The notes under the pieces are model-generated. The model was given only the letters and a program-made list of their open reading frames with translations, was not told where the DNA came from and did not search any database. The position numbers and the translations under genes are program-made. A stretch of DNA of 64,000 bases, taken from contig JABCTZ010000032.1 of NCBI GenBank assembly GCA_018238155.1, positions 298,491 to 362,490 on the forward strand, read 5' to 3'. Every line of letters starts with the position of its first letter. Positions within the stretch are counted from its first letter, which is position 1. The stretch is from Candidatus Heimdallarchaeota archaeon. Its GTDB lineage: Archaea > Asgardarchaeota > Heimdallarchaeia > JABLTI01. Positions 28,408 to 38,723 of this stretch are shown in pieces.

Positions 28408-29121
28408 ATGAGCATTGCTAAAGTTCTCATGTTGCAAATGACTCCTCCCAAAGAAAAATCGCAAGTATATCTGCCTATCTCAAAAGTGTATGATCAGATT
28501 GCTGAAAGTTTTGATACAAAAAGAAAACGACCGTGGGAAGAAGTTTGTGAGTTTATTGAGACAATAGATGAAAGTAATCTAGCATTAGATTTAGGTTGTG
28601 GGAACGGGCGTCATTCTAGATTATTATTGGAAAAAAATATTGATACAGTAAGTATGGATGTTTCATTTAATATTTTAAAAACGGCATTAGAAAATGAACT
28701 CTCTTCTGTAACCCAACTTCTAGCTGGTGTAATTAATGCTGATGTAAATGACTTGCCATTTAAGGACGAATCTTTTGATCGAATAATTATGATTGCCGTT
28801 TTTCACCATTTGACTAACTTACAAGAAAGAAAACACGCTCTAAAAGAAATATCTCGAATAATGAAAAGAAAAGGACGCATACTGATAAGTTGTTGGCTTA
28901 GAACTCATCCTAGATTCGAAAAAGAAGATTTGAAGGAAATCATTGAACGAGGAGAAAAGGATGTCCTTGTCCCATGGACTATGCCTAATAAAACAAAAAT
29001 AATGAGATATTATTATCTATTCGAGGAAAAAGAATTGGAAGATTTGATCAAGAGTGCAAATTTAAGAATCATTTCAAATAGAGAATCTTTTCACAATTTA
29101 TTCATAATAGCTGAAAAATGA
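28408..29121 (+). CDS. Trm9/ALKBH8-like tRNA wobble-uridine methyltransferase
   Basis: VYDQIAESFDTKRKRPW, LDLGCGNGRH, IAVFHHL, DVLVPW, RYYYLFEEKELE. Confidence 0.8.
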   Translation: MSIAKVLMLQMTPPKEKSQVYLPISKVYDQIAESFDTKRKRPWEEVCEFIETIDESNLALDLGCGNGRHSRLLLEKNIDTVSMDVSFNILKTALENELSSVTQLLAGVINADVNDLPFKDESFDRIIMIAVFHHLTNLQERKHALKEISRIMKRKGRILISCWLRTHPRFEKEDLKEIIERGEKDVLVPWTMPNKTKIMRYYYLFEEKELEDLIKSANLRIISNRESFHNLFIIAEK

Positions 29122-29248
29122 GTTTTCTTTCAATTTTTTTTACCTAAAGACACACTCTTCTTAAGAAGAGTTTATTTTGAAGTAAGGTATAATATATTAT
29201 TAGAATAACTAATAGAATATTATTCTAATTTATTGGTGGTACCACCCG

Positions 29249-30418
29249 ATGATTAAGAAGATAAAAAGACTCTACAGTCGACGAAAAGCAATAAGCCCTG
29301 TGATTGCAACAATTTTATTAATAGCTCTTACTGTTGTAGCGGCAGCAATTGTTTATTTTGTTGTCGTTCCAATATTCAATACAACCAAATTAGATGCTAC
29401 AGTAATGAAAATTAAAGATACTGATCGGGATTCATTATTTAATCAAATCGAAATTCAATTCGTAAATACTGGAACCAAAAATATCAACATTACACAAGTG
29501 ATTATTTGGACTTGTGCTCAAACTGAGCTTGACGATGAAAATCTTTGGCTTGCTCATGAGGGATGGACGTTTGATTTTCCTGAAGACTCACTTATTCAAC
29601 CATCTGAAATTGATTCTGTGGTGCTAAGTGGAACCTCACAGATTGGTTTGTCTATTTATGAAATTACCTATTTTAGATTGGAAATTGACTATGCAGGGAT
29701 GAAATATGCTTACATTACGGACTGGGTTAGAGTGAGTGATGACTATTTAGATTTAAGTGATTTACTTTCTGGTTTTGAAACTTTTAATTTAACTGCAGCA
29801 GGTTTTGGAGGAACAGTTGATGATGAAGATAACGACCCAAATAACTATTATACTGATGATTCTGGCGATTTCCAATTGGTTAATATGTCAATAAATCTCT
29901 TGCCAGTATTGAATGAAACAGAATATATTCCATTTTTAGTTACTAATGATATCGTTGTTTTTCCATCCGATCAAGCTAGCTTTGTTTATGATTCTCAGCA
30001 GAAAATAGATTTCTCTTCAACACCTTTTAGAGCTAAAAAATTCTTCATCTTGGGATTAGCTGGATCGTGGGGAGATAATTTTCCTACTAATAGTTGGGCT
30101 CTGAATGTAACTTTTGAATACACAGATGGAAGTTATGTTGATTTTCTCCTTGGTCATGAGTACATTGACGATTGGTATTATGCATCCAATTCGGATACAT
30201 CACCTACTGGTTCTGCTGAATGTGTCTGTGCACCTTATGGTTTGATAACTGAATTAGATTTAGGATTGCAAATAGAAGGGAGCAGTTCAGGAGCACATCT
30301 TCATACCCATTCAACTAGATTCTACTTTGATTACTTTAAGTACGTAAAATCAATCACTTTTACAGATCCAAATAATGATGACTCAGGTCCACACTTATTA
30401 TCGCTAACCTTTGGTTAA
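29249..30418 (+). CDS. Archaeal type IV pilin-like protein with large C-terminal domain
   Basis: Class III signal peptide RRKA|ISPVIATILLIALTV. Confidence 0.85.
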   Translation: MIKKIKRLYSRRKAISPVIATILLIALTVVAAAIVYFVVVPIFNTTKLDATVMKIKDTDRDSLFNQIEIQFVNTGTKNINITQVIIWTCAQTELDDENLWLAHEGWTFDFPEDSLIQPSEIDSVVLSGTSQIGLSIYEITYFRLEIDYAGMKYAYITDWVRVSDDYLDLSDLLSGFETFNLTAAGFGGTVDDEDNDPNNYYTDDSGDFQLVNMSINLLPVLNETEYIPFLVTNDIVVFPSDQASFVYDSQQKIDFSSTPFRAKKFFILGLAGSWGDNFPTNSWALNVTFEYTDGSYVDFLLGHEYIDDWYYASNSDTSPTGSAECVCAPYGLITELDLGLQIEGSSSGAHLHTHSTRFYFDYFKYVKSITFTDPNNDDSGPHLLSLTFG

Positions 30419-30577
30419 ATATCTATTTTGAGCTTGCCATTATTTGGAAAGTTCAGATATTTTCCTCTTTTTTTCTTACCTCAAGGCGAAAGGATTTATT
30501 TTAGTAGTAAATATAATATTAGTGTAATCTATTTATGTATAAAGTATCATTTCCAACATTTAATGGTGAGCCACTTC

Positions 30578-31741
30578 ATGCTTAAAATAATGAAAAAAAT
30601 TATTAGAAAAAGAAAAGCAATAAGTCCTGTAATTGCAACAATTTTGCTTATAGCTTTAACTGTGTCATCAATTGCGTTAGTCTATTTTGTTGCTATTCCT
30701 TATTTGAATAGCACACAGATTTTTGCTTTTGTGAAGAATGTTAGAGATACAAACAAAGATTCAAGATACGATGAAATTAAGATTATTGTTACAAATGGTG
30801 GAACAACTAATATTGAGATAACTAGCATTTTCATTTGGTCTGTTCCAAAAGGTCTCCTTGAAGATCAAGATAAATGGGTTAGACATGAAGATTGGGCTTT
30901 AAAAAATCCATCTGATAATCGGGTCGCTCCTTCAAGTCCAAAGGAAATGACTGTTGTTGGAACCGATCAAATTGAGCTGTCAATAGCAGAACAGACTTAC
31001 TATAGGTTAGAAATCGAATATGCAGGACAAAAGTATGCCTATGTTAGCAATTGGAAATTACTAAATAAAGAAGCTGATCTCTCTGACCTGTTATCTGATT
31101 TCAAATCTTTTGATTTACAAACATGGGCTTTAGAAGGAGCAATTGATATTCATTGGCCTACAAATAATTATAACACTACAGGTGGCTCAGAATTTGGTCC
31201 TCTACTAGCAAATCAAACTATTTATTTACCAGTTATAAACGAAACAACATATGTACCATTTGCTATTACTGGTAAAGTAGTTATTTTTCATTCAATAATG
31301 GGTACTTTAACCGATCAACCAACTATTCAACAAATCAATAGAACAAGCAATCCCTTCAAAGCTAAAAGATTCTTTATCTTAGGTTTAACAGGTTCATGGG
31401 GTGATAATTTTCCAGTAGGAGCAATTTCATTAACTCTAAATATCACATATACAGATGGTAGTTCTTCAATTTGGGAAATGGGTCATGATTATATTGATGA
31501 TTGGTGGTATAGTTCAAATGCAGATTCGCCTCCAGATTATATCTCGGGATGTATTGCTTCTCCACATGGTTTGGTAACAAATATTGATTTGGGTACACAA
31601 GTTGATACACCTCATGCACATTTACATACTCATACTGCAGGATTTTATCTTGACTATTACAAATATATTCAATTTATTACCTTCGTAGACCCAGGAAATG
31701 ATGAATCAGGTGCACATTTATTATCCATAACTGCCGGATAA
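30578..31741 (+). CDS. Archaeal type IV pilin-like protein, tandem paralogue
   Basis: RKRKA|ISPVIATILLIALTV; shares FFILGLxGSWGDNFP, GHxYIDDW and HLHTH with upstream gene; SD GGTGAG before ATG 30578. Confidence 0.85.
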   Translation: MLKIMKKIIRKRKAISPVIATILLIALTVSSIALVYFVAIPYLNSTQIFAFVKNVRDTNKDSRYDEIKIIVTNGGTTNIEITSIFIWSVPKGLLEDQDKWVRHEDWALKNPSDNRVAPSSPKEMTVVGTDQIELSIAEQTYYRLEIEYAGQKYAYVSNWKLLNKEADLSDLLSDFKSFDLQTWALEGAIDIHWPTNNYNTTGGSEFGPLLANQTIYLPVINETTYVPFAITGKVVIFHSIMGTLTDQPTIQQINRTSNPFKAKRFFILGLTGSWGDNFPVGAISLTLNITYTDGSSSIWEMGHDYIDDWWYSSNADSPPDYISGCIASPHGLVTNIDLGTQVDTPHAHLHTHTAGFYLDYYKYIQFITFVDPGNDESGAHLLSITAG

Positions 31742-31782
31742 AATAAGATTTTCAACAAAGATTTAGTTGTTAATCTTTCTCT

Positions 31783-32562
31783 TTATTTTTTGTTTTCTAA
31801 TAAATAATCAAGATAACGAGGTTGCTTTTTGTTCATAATCTCTAGAACTTTGAGATCCACACTAATTGCATCATTTGAGAAGAGAATTTTACCCCATTGT
31901 ATTGATTCCCCGTGTTCAGCTTCTCCTTGTAGAATGTTAAGTCCATCACAGATGTATAAATCAAAAGGAGCAAATTTCTGCACTGCTTGAAAGATTTCTG
32001 CAACAGATTTATGTAAATCCTTGTGTAGTTTATCTCTTTTATGTGAATCTTCATTCAATTTGTACATTTTCTTTTGTGGTAGACCAAAGAAGTTCTTTAT
32101 TGCATTTGAAAGGAAAGTATCTCCTTCATCATCGTCATAAAATTTGATTACAGGCATTGAAATTTTTAGATCCATTTGTTGTAAATATTTTGGGAGATAG
32201 TGTTTTACACCTGAATTTAAGATTACTTCTGTATTCTCGTAAGTATCTATATCGATAAAATTCACATCATATTTTTCTAACGCTTCTACAAGACCTGTTA
32301 TCTGAAAATTATCTGTTGCAGATGATTTACTAGTTGATCCTTCTCCAATTATGATTTCTTCTGCATGAGCTTCTGCTAGAATTTCTACTGTACTAGTAAT
32401 AATATCAATTGAGGTAGTAAATGGTGCTGGTTTTGGGTACCCCATATTTGGTTTGATAAAAACTCTCTGATTCGCTAATAGTTTTTTGTTATAATTTTCA
32501 GCAATCCAATTTGAAAGTTTTTTTTGTAATTCTTTTGTGTTATTAAGTATATGAGTGATCAA
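31783..32562 (-). CDS. DUF362 family protein
   Basis: VFIKPN, IIIGEGS, ISMPVIK, AIKNFFG, ICDG, DAISVD. Confidence 0.8.
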   Translation of the reverse strand: MITHILNNTKELQKKLSNWIAENYNKKLLANQRVFIKPNMGYPKPAPFTTSIDIITSTVEILAEAHAEEIIIGEGSTSKSSATDNFQITGLVEALEKYDVNFIDIDTYENTEVILNSGVKHYLPKYLQQMDLKISMPVIKFYDDDEGDTFLSNAIKNFFGLPQKKMYKLNEDSHKRDKLHKDLHKSVAEIFQAVQKFAPFDLYICDGLNILQGEAEHGESIQWGKILFSNDAISVDLKVLEIMNKKQPRYLDYLLENKK

Positions 32563-32574
32563 TTTTCTATCACG

Positions 32575-33561
32575 CTATTTCAATTGCTTCTGGATTTCAT
32601 AATCTAGCAAGTTAAGAAATTTATCCCAATGCTCGTACTTTATTGTTGCACCCGCAGCTGCGGGATGACCACCACCAGACCCTCGTACTTCTTTTGCAGC
32701 TTTCCTTGCAACAAGATTAAGGTCAATATTTTCATCTCTACGCCTAATCGATATAGATATTTTTTTTCCTTTAGTATTTCCACAAACACCTACTGCTTTA
32801 TCTTTAACAGAAGCAGCAAATAATGCTCCTTTTCCATTGAAACCCCCTCCTGTTGGAATATCTAAAATATAGCCCAAGTTCTTTTTATTTTCAGCCTGTT
32901 CGTGAACATATTCTCTAACAGCTCTTTCAACAACCGAACCTCGTAATGCCCTTTCTACGAGATTGTTCAAATCGCTGGGTAACATCCCTAATGCTAACCT
33001 TTCAATAATACTTCTTTTCATATTTAGATCATCAGAAGTCGGGATTTCACCTAATGCTTGCACAATTATTGCTGCTTGAAATGCGATGCTTCTCGCATCA
33101 AAATCACGTAATACTTTTTTTGCAAAAGGTGTATCCATCGCGTAATCTCCAACGGCACCGATTGCTGCGAGGATTTTCTGTTCCCATCCTAATTTCTTCT
33201 CAAAATGGAGATAAGCTAATTCTGCTGCACATCCATCCTCTCGATGGACTACTGTTGTAGCAGGAATATCATTTTGGTGCATTCCTTTAGGCAAAGGATG
33301 ATGATCAATATAGATAATTTCAACACCTAAATTTGTTAATCGTATCATTTCAGCAAAGATTTTTTTTAACGACCTATCATTTAATGCAATATCAGTAATG
33401 ATTATTCGCTCTGGTTTATCTCGTATTCTTCTCAAATCATCATCTAAACTTATTGGATTAGTTAACCATATTCTTGAACCAGGAATTGCCGCTAATGCAA
33501 TTGCTCCTGATGTTATTCCATCACAATCACCATGACACATAATTATCGTTTGACCCATCAA
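32575..33561 (-). CDS. DHH/DHHA1 phosphoesterase (RecJ-like)
   Basis: HGDCDG, ITD, YIDHH, GAVGD, GGGHPAAAG. Confidence 0.9.
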   Translation of the reverse strand: MMGQTIIMCHGDCDGITSGAIALAAIPGSRIWLTNPISLDDDLRRIRDKPERIIITDIALNDRSLKKIFAEMIRLTNLGVEIIYIDHHPLPKGMHQNDIPATTVVHREDGCAAELAYLHFEKKLGWEQKILAAIGAVGDYAMDTPFAKKVLRDFDARSIAFQAAIIVQALGEIPTSDDLNMKRSIIERLALGMLPSDLNNLVERALRGSVVERAVREYVHEQAENKKNLGYILDIPTGGGFNGKGALFAASVKDKAVGVCGNTKGKKISISIRRRDENIDLNLVARKAAKEVRGSGGGHPAAAGATIKYEHWDKFLNLLDYEIQKQLK

Positions 33562-33675
33562 TACAACACCTGATTGAACTTTATAAAGATAATTTTCTCT
33601 TATTTATTATATGAAACAATTATTTTAAATGAATGTATGGCACGTTAAAGTGAAAAAAACAGGAATGTTGTCTGT

Positions 33676-34587
33676 GTGTTAAAATTCATTGTTCATATTG
33701 GCTGGAAATTAAAACCAAAACCAAGTGCATTCATTCTTTATATTGAAGATGAAGAAAGCGGAAAAGAGCGAGTTTATGATCTTACTCCTGGAAATTATCT
33801 TAACATTCGAGTGAGTGCGCCCAAGAAAAAATTTTGTGTTGGTTTCAGTTCGACAAATGGTGAGCATCTTCCATGCCCAACCGGTGAATTAGTTGAGAAC
33901 AACAGAATGCAATGTCAATCGTGTTCATTTAATGAATTTTACATTTGTCGTGCTATCTGTCAAGGAGATTTCTGTCATCCATCAAGCAATGAAGCTAAAG
34001 ACCATTGTTGGAAAACAACCGCTTGTGTTTACTTGACCCATATTGCAGGTAAGATTAAAGTTGGTTCTTCAACTAGTCCTCTTAGACGTTGGTTAGGTCA
34101 AGGAAGTGATGCTGGAATTTGTGTTGCTGAAGGGGTTGGTCTTGCTCCTCGAGCTTTAGAACATCAAATCGGTTTAAAATTATCTTTACCTTTAGCTGTT
34201 CGAATAACTCAAAAAATGAAATTCCTCGGAAAATCTATTGAAAAGAATAAAATTTATGAGGAACTGCTTATTGCAATTGATAGTATTTATAGTTCAATGA
34301 AATCTGAAATTCTCCTACCTAGAGACAAGCTTGAAGAAATTACTTATCTCAATTCTTATCATGGAAACATACCTGAGATTAGTGCCCGACCTTTAGTTAA
34401 GAAAATAACCGATGATATTTTTGAGCTAAGTGGTGAAATTGTAGGGGTAAAAGGAACTATTCTTGTTCTAAAAAATGGCGCAACATACTATACAACAAAC
34501 CTATCCTCTCTTATTGGATTATACGTTGATATTAGTGAGGAAAAATCGGAAATGAAAGGACAAAAAAGTTTATTCGATTTTGTTTAA
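33676..34587 (+). CDS. DUF2797 family protein
   Basis: Cys cluster, VYL...KVG...RWLGQG, GEIVGVKG, QKSLF terminus. Confidence 0.8.
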   Translation: MLKFIVHIGWKLKPKPSAFILYIEDEESGKERVYDLTPGNYLNIRVSAPKKKFCVGFSSTNGEHLPCPTGELVENNRMQCQSCSFNEFYICRAICQGDFCHPSSNEAKDHCWKTTACVYLTHIAGKIKVGSSTSPLRRWLGQGSDAGICVAEGVGLAPRALEHQIGLKLSLPLAVRITQKMKFLGKSIEKNKIYEELLIAIDSIYSSMKSEILLPRDKLEEITYLNSYHGNIPEISARPLVKKITDDIFELSGEIVGVKGTILVLKNGATYYTTNLSSLIGLYVDISEEKSEMKGQKSLFDFV

Positions 34588-35169
34588 CTGAGTTGACTTT
34601 TTCATCCTTTCCTTTCTTTTTCCGATTATCGATAAAGTTGTTGCAAACCCTAATATCACCATTGTTAGCAATATTCCTACAAACAAAATATAAACTAACG
34701 GTGTTTTCATACTAAAAGTCAATTTTGAAGATGATCTTGTATGCATCCAATGAATAAATGAAAAAACACTAAAAAGTAATAATGAATTGAACAAAAAAGT
34801 TGGAATAATAAAGATGTCAAGAAAATTCTTTTTCGTTAATTTTTTGCTGAAAATTACTGTTGATATCTGTGTAATTGATAATGCTATAAGTAAAATAATA
34901 CTTATTACAAATATATTATGAGCGTCTATAGCTTGTGTTTCGCTAACACCGGAAGAAGTTAAGTCTCCTGATGGTAAAATGAATTCTTGAAAGTTGCCAT
35001 TCCAATAAAAATATGACATTATTTGTGTTTCAGAATCATATGATCTAAAAATAGGTAAAACAAAATACAGTATTACCATAACAAAATAGCTGATTAATGT
35101 CAAAAAACTGTATATTGAAAAAGGATCTTTAAGTCTATCAATAATTGTGGTTTCACTTTTTTTAGTCAT
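34570..35169 (-). CDS. Hypothetical 4-TM membrane protein
   Basis: Four hydrophobic segments. Confidence 0.65.
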   Translation of the reverse strand: MTKKSETTIIDRLKDPFSIYSFLTLISYFVMVILYFVLPIFRSYDSETQIMSYFYWNGNFQEFILPSGDLTSSGVSETQAIDAHNIFVISIILLIALSITQISTVIFSKKLTKKNFLDIFIIPTFLFNSLLLFSVFSFIHWMHTRSSSKLTFSMKTPLVYILFVGILLTMVILGFATTLSIIGKRKERMKKSTQLNKIE

Positions 35170-35177
35170 TCTTTTTT

Positions 35178-35663
35178 CTACTCCTGTTCTTTCATATCCT
35201 CTTTCTTGCTCTTCTTTGATTTATAATGAACTAAAAATGTTGGAACAAATATCAAGCATAAAGAGAAAATCAAAGAAATAACAACAAAAATTAGATTTAC
35301 TCCTTCAAGATTTGCAATTGCTAAACCGATTATTATTTCGATAGTTGGAATTACTCCAATAATAATTGAACCCAGAACTGCCCATAAGTAATTGTTTTCG
35401 TAAACTATAGTTATAATAATTCCAGAAATAATTACTATCATAATTATTCCCACATAGAGTACTATACTGACAAAATTATAGTAAGTTGTCAATATTGAAG
35501 CAATGATATTCAAAACGGCATACATTGAAATTAGTATTGACAAAATTACTTTGCGTTGCCTTAAATAATAGGTGCAAAATTCCTTTCGTTTTTTAATTCT
35601 AAATTTCTTTTTGGTTTCAATCTCGCTTTCACCTATTTGATTTGTCATCTTACGTTGCTCCAA
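35178..35663 (-). CDS. Hypothetical 4-TM membrane protein
   Basis: Four hydrophobic segments with charged termini. Confidence 0.65.
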   Translation of the reverse strand: MEQRKMTNQIGESEIETKKKFRIKKRKEFCTYYLRQRKVILSILISMYAVLNIIASILTTYYNFVSIVLYVGIIMIVIISGIIITIVYENNYLWAVLGSIIIGVIPTIEIIIGLAIANLEGVNLIFVVISLIFSLCLIFVPTFLVHYKSKKSKKEDMKEQE

Positions 35664-35844
35664 TTACAAGTATTATATTTCCTATTTCTTTTAAAATTTG
35701 CTTGTTCTCTTGTGATATTCAACAAAGACTATTCGCAATGAACATAAAACTTTTGTAATTTACTTTTGGTCATCTCTCTGTAGAATACTTTAAACTAAAG
35801 TTCAATCACAGAATTCAAGACTAATACATTTAGGAACCAGAATA

Positions 35845-38310
35845 ATGAGTGAAAAGAAATTCGTAGAACATAAATATTTGAAACCCGGCACCATTGAAGC
35901 TCGTATTTACCAACAAACTATTTTTGCAAGTAGTCTCTCTAATAATACTCTCGTTGTTCTACCAACAGGATTAGGAAAAACGATTATTCTTGCTTTACTA
36001 ACTGCGAGAAGAATGGAACAATATCCTGATTCTTTTATTCTTATTATGGCTCCAACGAAACCTTTAGTTGAACAGCATCTCAAAACCTTTCAGAAAGTCT
36101 TCAATATTATAGAGGAAGAAATTGTGATGCTTTCTGGATCTACTTCTCCTGAAAAACGAAGAAAAATTTGGAAACAAGGACAAATAATAATTGCTACACC
36201 TCAAGTAGTTGAGAATGATTTATTGGGTGAACGTTTGAATTTGTCTAGATGTTCATTGCTGGGAGTTGATGAAGCCCATCGGGCAGTTGGAGGATATGCT
36301 TATGTTTACGTTGCAAAACAATATATGCGAAAGGCAAAAAATAAGCTTATTTTTGCTATTACTGCTTCTCCTGGTTCTGATAAAGAAAAAATCAATCATG
36401 TTTGTGAAAATCTTTCAATAAGAAATATTGAAACACGATTAGACACATCAAAAGATGTTCAACCATATGTTCAAAAAACTGATGTGGATTGGATTCACGT
36501 TGAACTCCCAGCCAAGTTTTTAAGAGTCAAATCACTTCTTGAAGGCTCTCTTTCAAGAAAGCTAAAGGAATTGAAACGTTTAGGTTGGATAAAATCAGCA
36601 GGAGTAAACATTAAACGTCGTGATTTACTTCAACTTCCACCTGTTATTACAAAACAGTTTGACCAGACTGAAAACCCTTCTGAACTTTATTTAGCACTAG
36701 GTCTAGTTGGTTCTTCTATTAGATTAACTCATGCTTTAGAATTGTTGGAAACACAGGGTATTAGCTCTTTACTCAAATATTTCGATAAAATGAGAAAGGA
36801 ATCTAAAGGATCAAAAGCAACCCGTACTCTGATAAATTTAATCAATGAAGATGCGATGGTCGTTGCATATGATGTATCACATCAAATTAGGGAGGAAGGG
36901 TTAGAGCATCCTAAAATACCTGAATTGGAAAAAATCATTCAAGAATCTATTTCTACAAGTCCCGGTTCGAGAATATTGGTTTTCACTCAATATAGAAATT
37001 CTGCAAAATTACTGGCAGACACTTTGAATGGGTTGAAAGGTATTCGTGCTTCTAGATTTGTTGGACAAGCTTCAAAATCAGGCGATAAAGGCTTTTCTCA
37101 GAAGAAGCAACTGGAGATTATGCAGCAATTTCGTGATGGTGATTTAAATTGCTTAGTTGCAACTAGTGTTGGTGAAGAAGGTTTAGATGTGTCAGAATGT
37201 GATTTAGTTACTTTTTATGACTGTGTACCTTCAGCAATCAGAAATATTCAACGTAGAGGAAGAACTGGTAGGAACAGAGCTGGAAGAGTTGTTGTGTTAA
37301 TAACGAAAGGCACTCGAGATGAAGGATATTTTTGGGCTGCACGACATAAAGAAAGACAAATGAAAAGAAATCTTAGAGATTTAGAAAAATTACGTAAACC
37401 TCAAATTGATCTACAGCAAAGAACCATGGAGGATTTCTTTGCAGCTGCATCTTCTTCTGATGAAAAACCAATAGAGGAAGACAAAGTAGTAGTTGAAGAA
37501 GGACTTGATGATCTTTCAATTTTCTCAGATGAAGCATTATGCATATTGGAGAATGATGTTGAAACAAGTAAAGTATCTGAAACAATTGAGCCCACAAAAA
37601 ATGAGCTCTCAGCTTTGGAAGATTTTAAAACACTCTCTGATGATACAACAACAAAAGGACAAGAAATCAAAATATTTGTTGACACTCGAGAGTCAAAATC
37701 GGGCATTGCAAAGGAATTAATCGAACTTGGAGTCAAAATAGATCTACAACAACTTGAGATAGCTGATTATATTCTAAGCTCTCGTGTTGGTGTCGAAAGA
37801 AAAGATGTGGCAGATTTGAGTCAAAGTATTATTGATGGTCGTCTCTTCCCTCAATTAATTGCTCTCAAAAGAAATTATGAAAAACCAATTCTAATAATTG
37901 AAGGAGATACATTGTACGGTCATAGAGCCTTAAATCCTGAAGCAATTAGAGGTGCAATTTCATCTATAGTAGTTAATTATGATATTGGTTTAATTTGGAG
38001 TCGAAACCCTAAGGATACTGCAAGATTTTTACGAAATATTGCTAAAAGAGAACAAATTCACTCTGATAAAACTCCTTTAATTCGAACTGAAAAAGCACCT
38101 ACAGATCCTGCTGAATTGTTAGAGTTCATCGTTGCTGGTTTCCCAAAAATAAATACTGTTCTAGCTAGACGCATATTGAATAAATTTGCTTCTCTGGAAA
38201 ATTTCTTCAATGCTTCAGCTGAAGAGCTTCAAGAGCTTAAAGGAATTGGAAAGAAAATGTCTAATGAAATACTCGAGATAATAAAAATGAAATACCAACC
38301 AGAAGATTGA
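35845..38310 (+). CDS. hef: Hef helicase-nuclease (FANCM/XPF-like)
   Basis: LPTGLGKT, DEAH, QRRGRTGR; ERCC4 domain VDTRE, ADY, VERK; HhH GIG. Confidence 0.96.
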   Translation: MSEKKFVEHKYLKPGTIEARIYQQTIFASSLSNNTLVVLPTGLGKTIILALLTARRMEQYPDSFILIMAPTKPLVEQHLKTFQKVFNIIEEEIVMLSGSTSPEKRRKIWKQGQIIIATPQVVENDLLGERLNLSRCSLLGVDEAHRAVGGYAYVYVAKQYMRKAKNKLIFAITASPGSDKEKINHVCENLSIRNIETRLDTSKDVQPYVQKTDVDWIHVELPAKFLRVKSLLEGSLSRKLKELKRLGWIKSAGVNIKRRDLLQLPPVITKQFDQTENPSELYLALGLVGSSIRLTHALELLETQGISSLLKYFDKMRKESKGSKATRTLINLINEDAMVVAYDVSHQIREEGLEHPKIPELEKIIQESISTSPGSRILVFTQYRNSAKLLADTLNGLKGIRASRFVGQASKSGDKGFSQKKQLEIMQQFRDGDLNCLVATSVGEEGLDVSECDLVTFYDCVPSAIRNIQRRGRTGRNRAGRVVVLITKGTRDEGYFWAARHKERQMKRNLRDLEKLRKPQIDLQQRTMEDFFAAASSSDEKPIEEDKVVVEEGLDDLSIFSDEALCILENDVETSKVSETIEPTKNELSALEDFKTLSDDTTTKGQEIKIFVDTRESKSGIAKELIELGVKIDLQQLEIADYILSSRVGVERKDVADLSQSIIDGRLFPQLIALKRNYEKPILIIEGDTLYGHRALNPEAIRGAISSIVVNYDIGLIWSRNPKDTARFLRNIAKREQIHSDKTPLIRTEKAPTDPAELLEFIVAGFPKINTVLARRILNKFASLENFFNASAEELQELKGIGKKMSNEILEIIKMKYQPED

Positions 38311-38324
38311 TCTTTCATTTCTTT

Positions 38325-38708
38325 CTATTCATTTCTCATTTTTGTTAATGTTGAATGTAATTTTTCGATCGCATCTGAAAGTTTGATTATTTCATCTGGG
38401 TCATCTGTTTCTTCTAGCTTTTTTCTAAGTGTTTCAATCTTCTTATTGATAGTTTGGTGGACCTTCGATTCATTCGAATCGAATTCGGATGAAGACTGCT
38501 TATGAAGAGCCTTTTGAATTTCTTTAGGTAATTCGCTTTCATCTTTGTATATCATCACTTCTTTATTACAAACTTTACAGTAGATTTTGTCATTGATTTT
38601 TATCAAGGGGGAATCACACACAGGGCAAGCAGTACTTAGTAAAGTGCCACCAGCACGTAATGCTTCTGCAATTGCTTTAATTCCTTCATCAGTTGTTTTG
38701 TTTGACAT
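38325..38708 (-). CDS. UPF0148 / SSSCA1 (autoantigen p27)-like zinc-finger protein
   Basis: ALRAGGTLLSTACPVCDSPL...YCKVC. Confidence 0.85.
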   Translation of the reverse strand: MSNKTTDEGIKAIAEALRAGGTLLSTACPVCDSPLIKINDKIYCKVCNKEVMIYKDESELPKEIQKALHKQSSSEFDSNESKVHQTINKKIETLRKKLEETDDPDEIIKLSDAIEKLHSTLTKMRNE

Positions 38709-38723
38709 TTCATTTACACCTTT

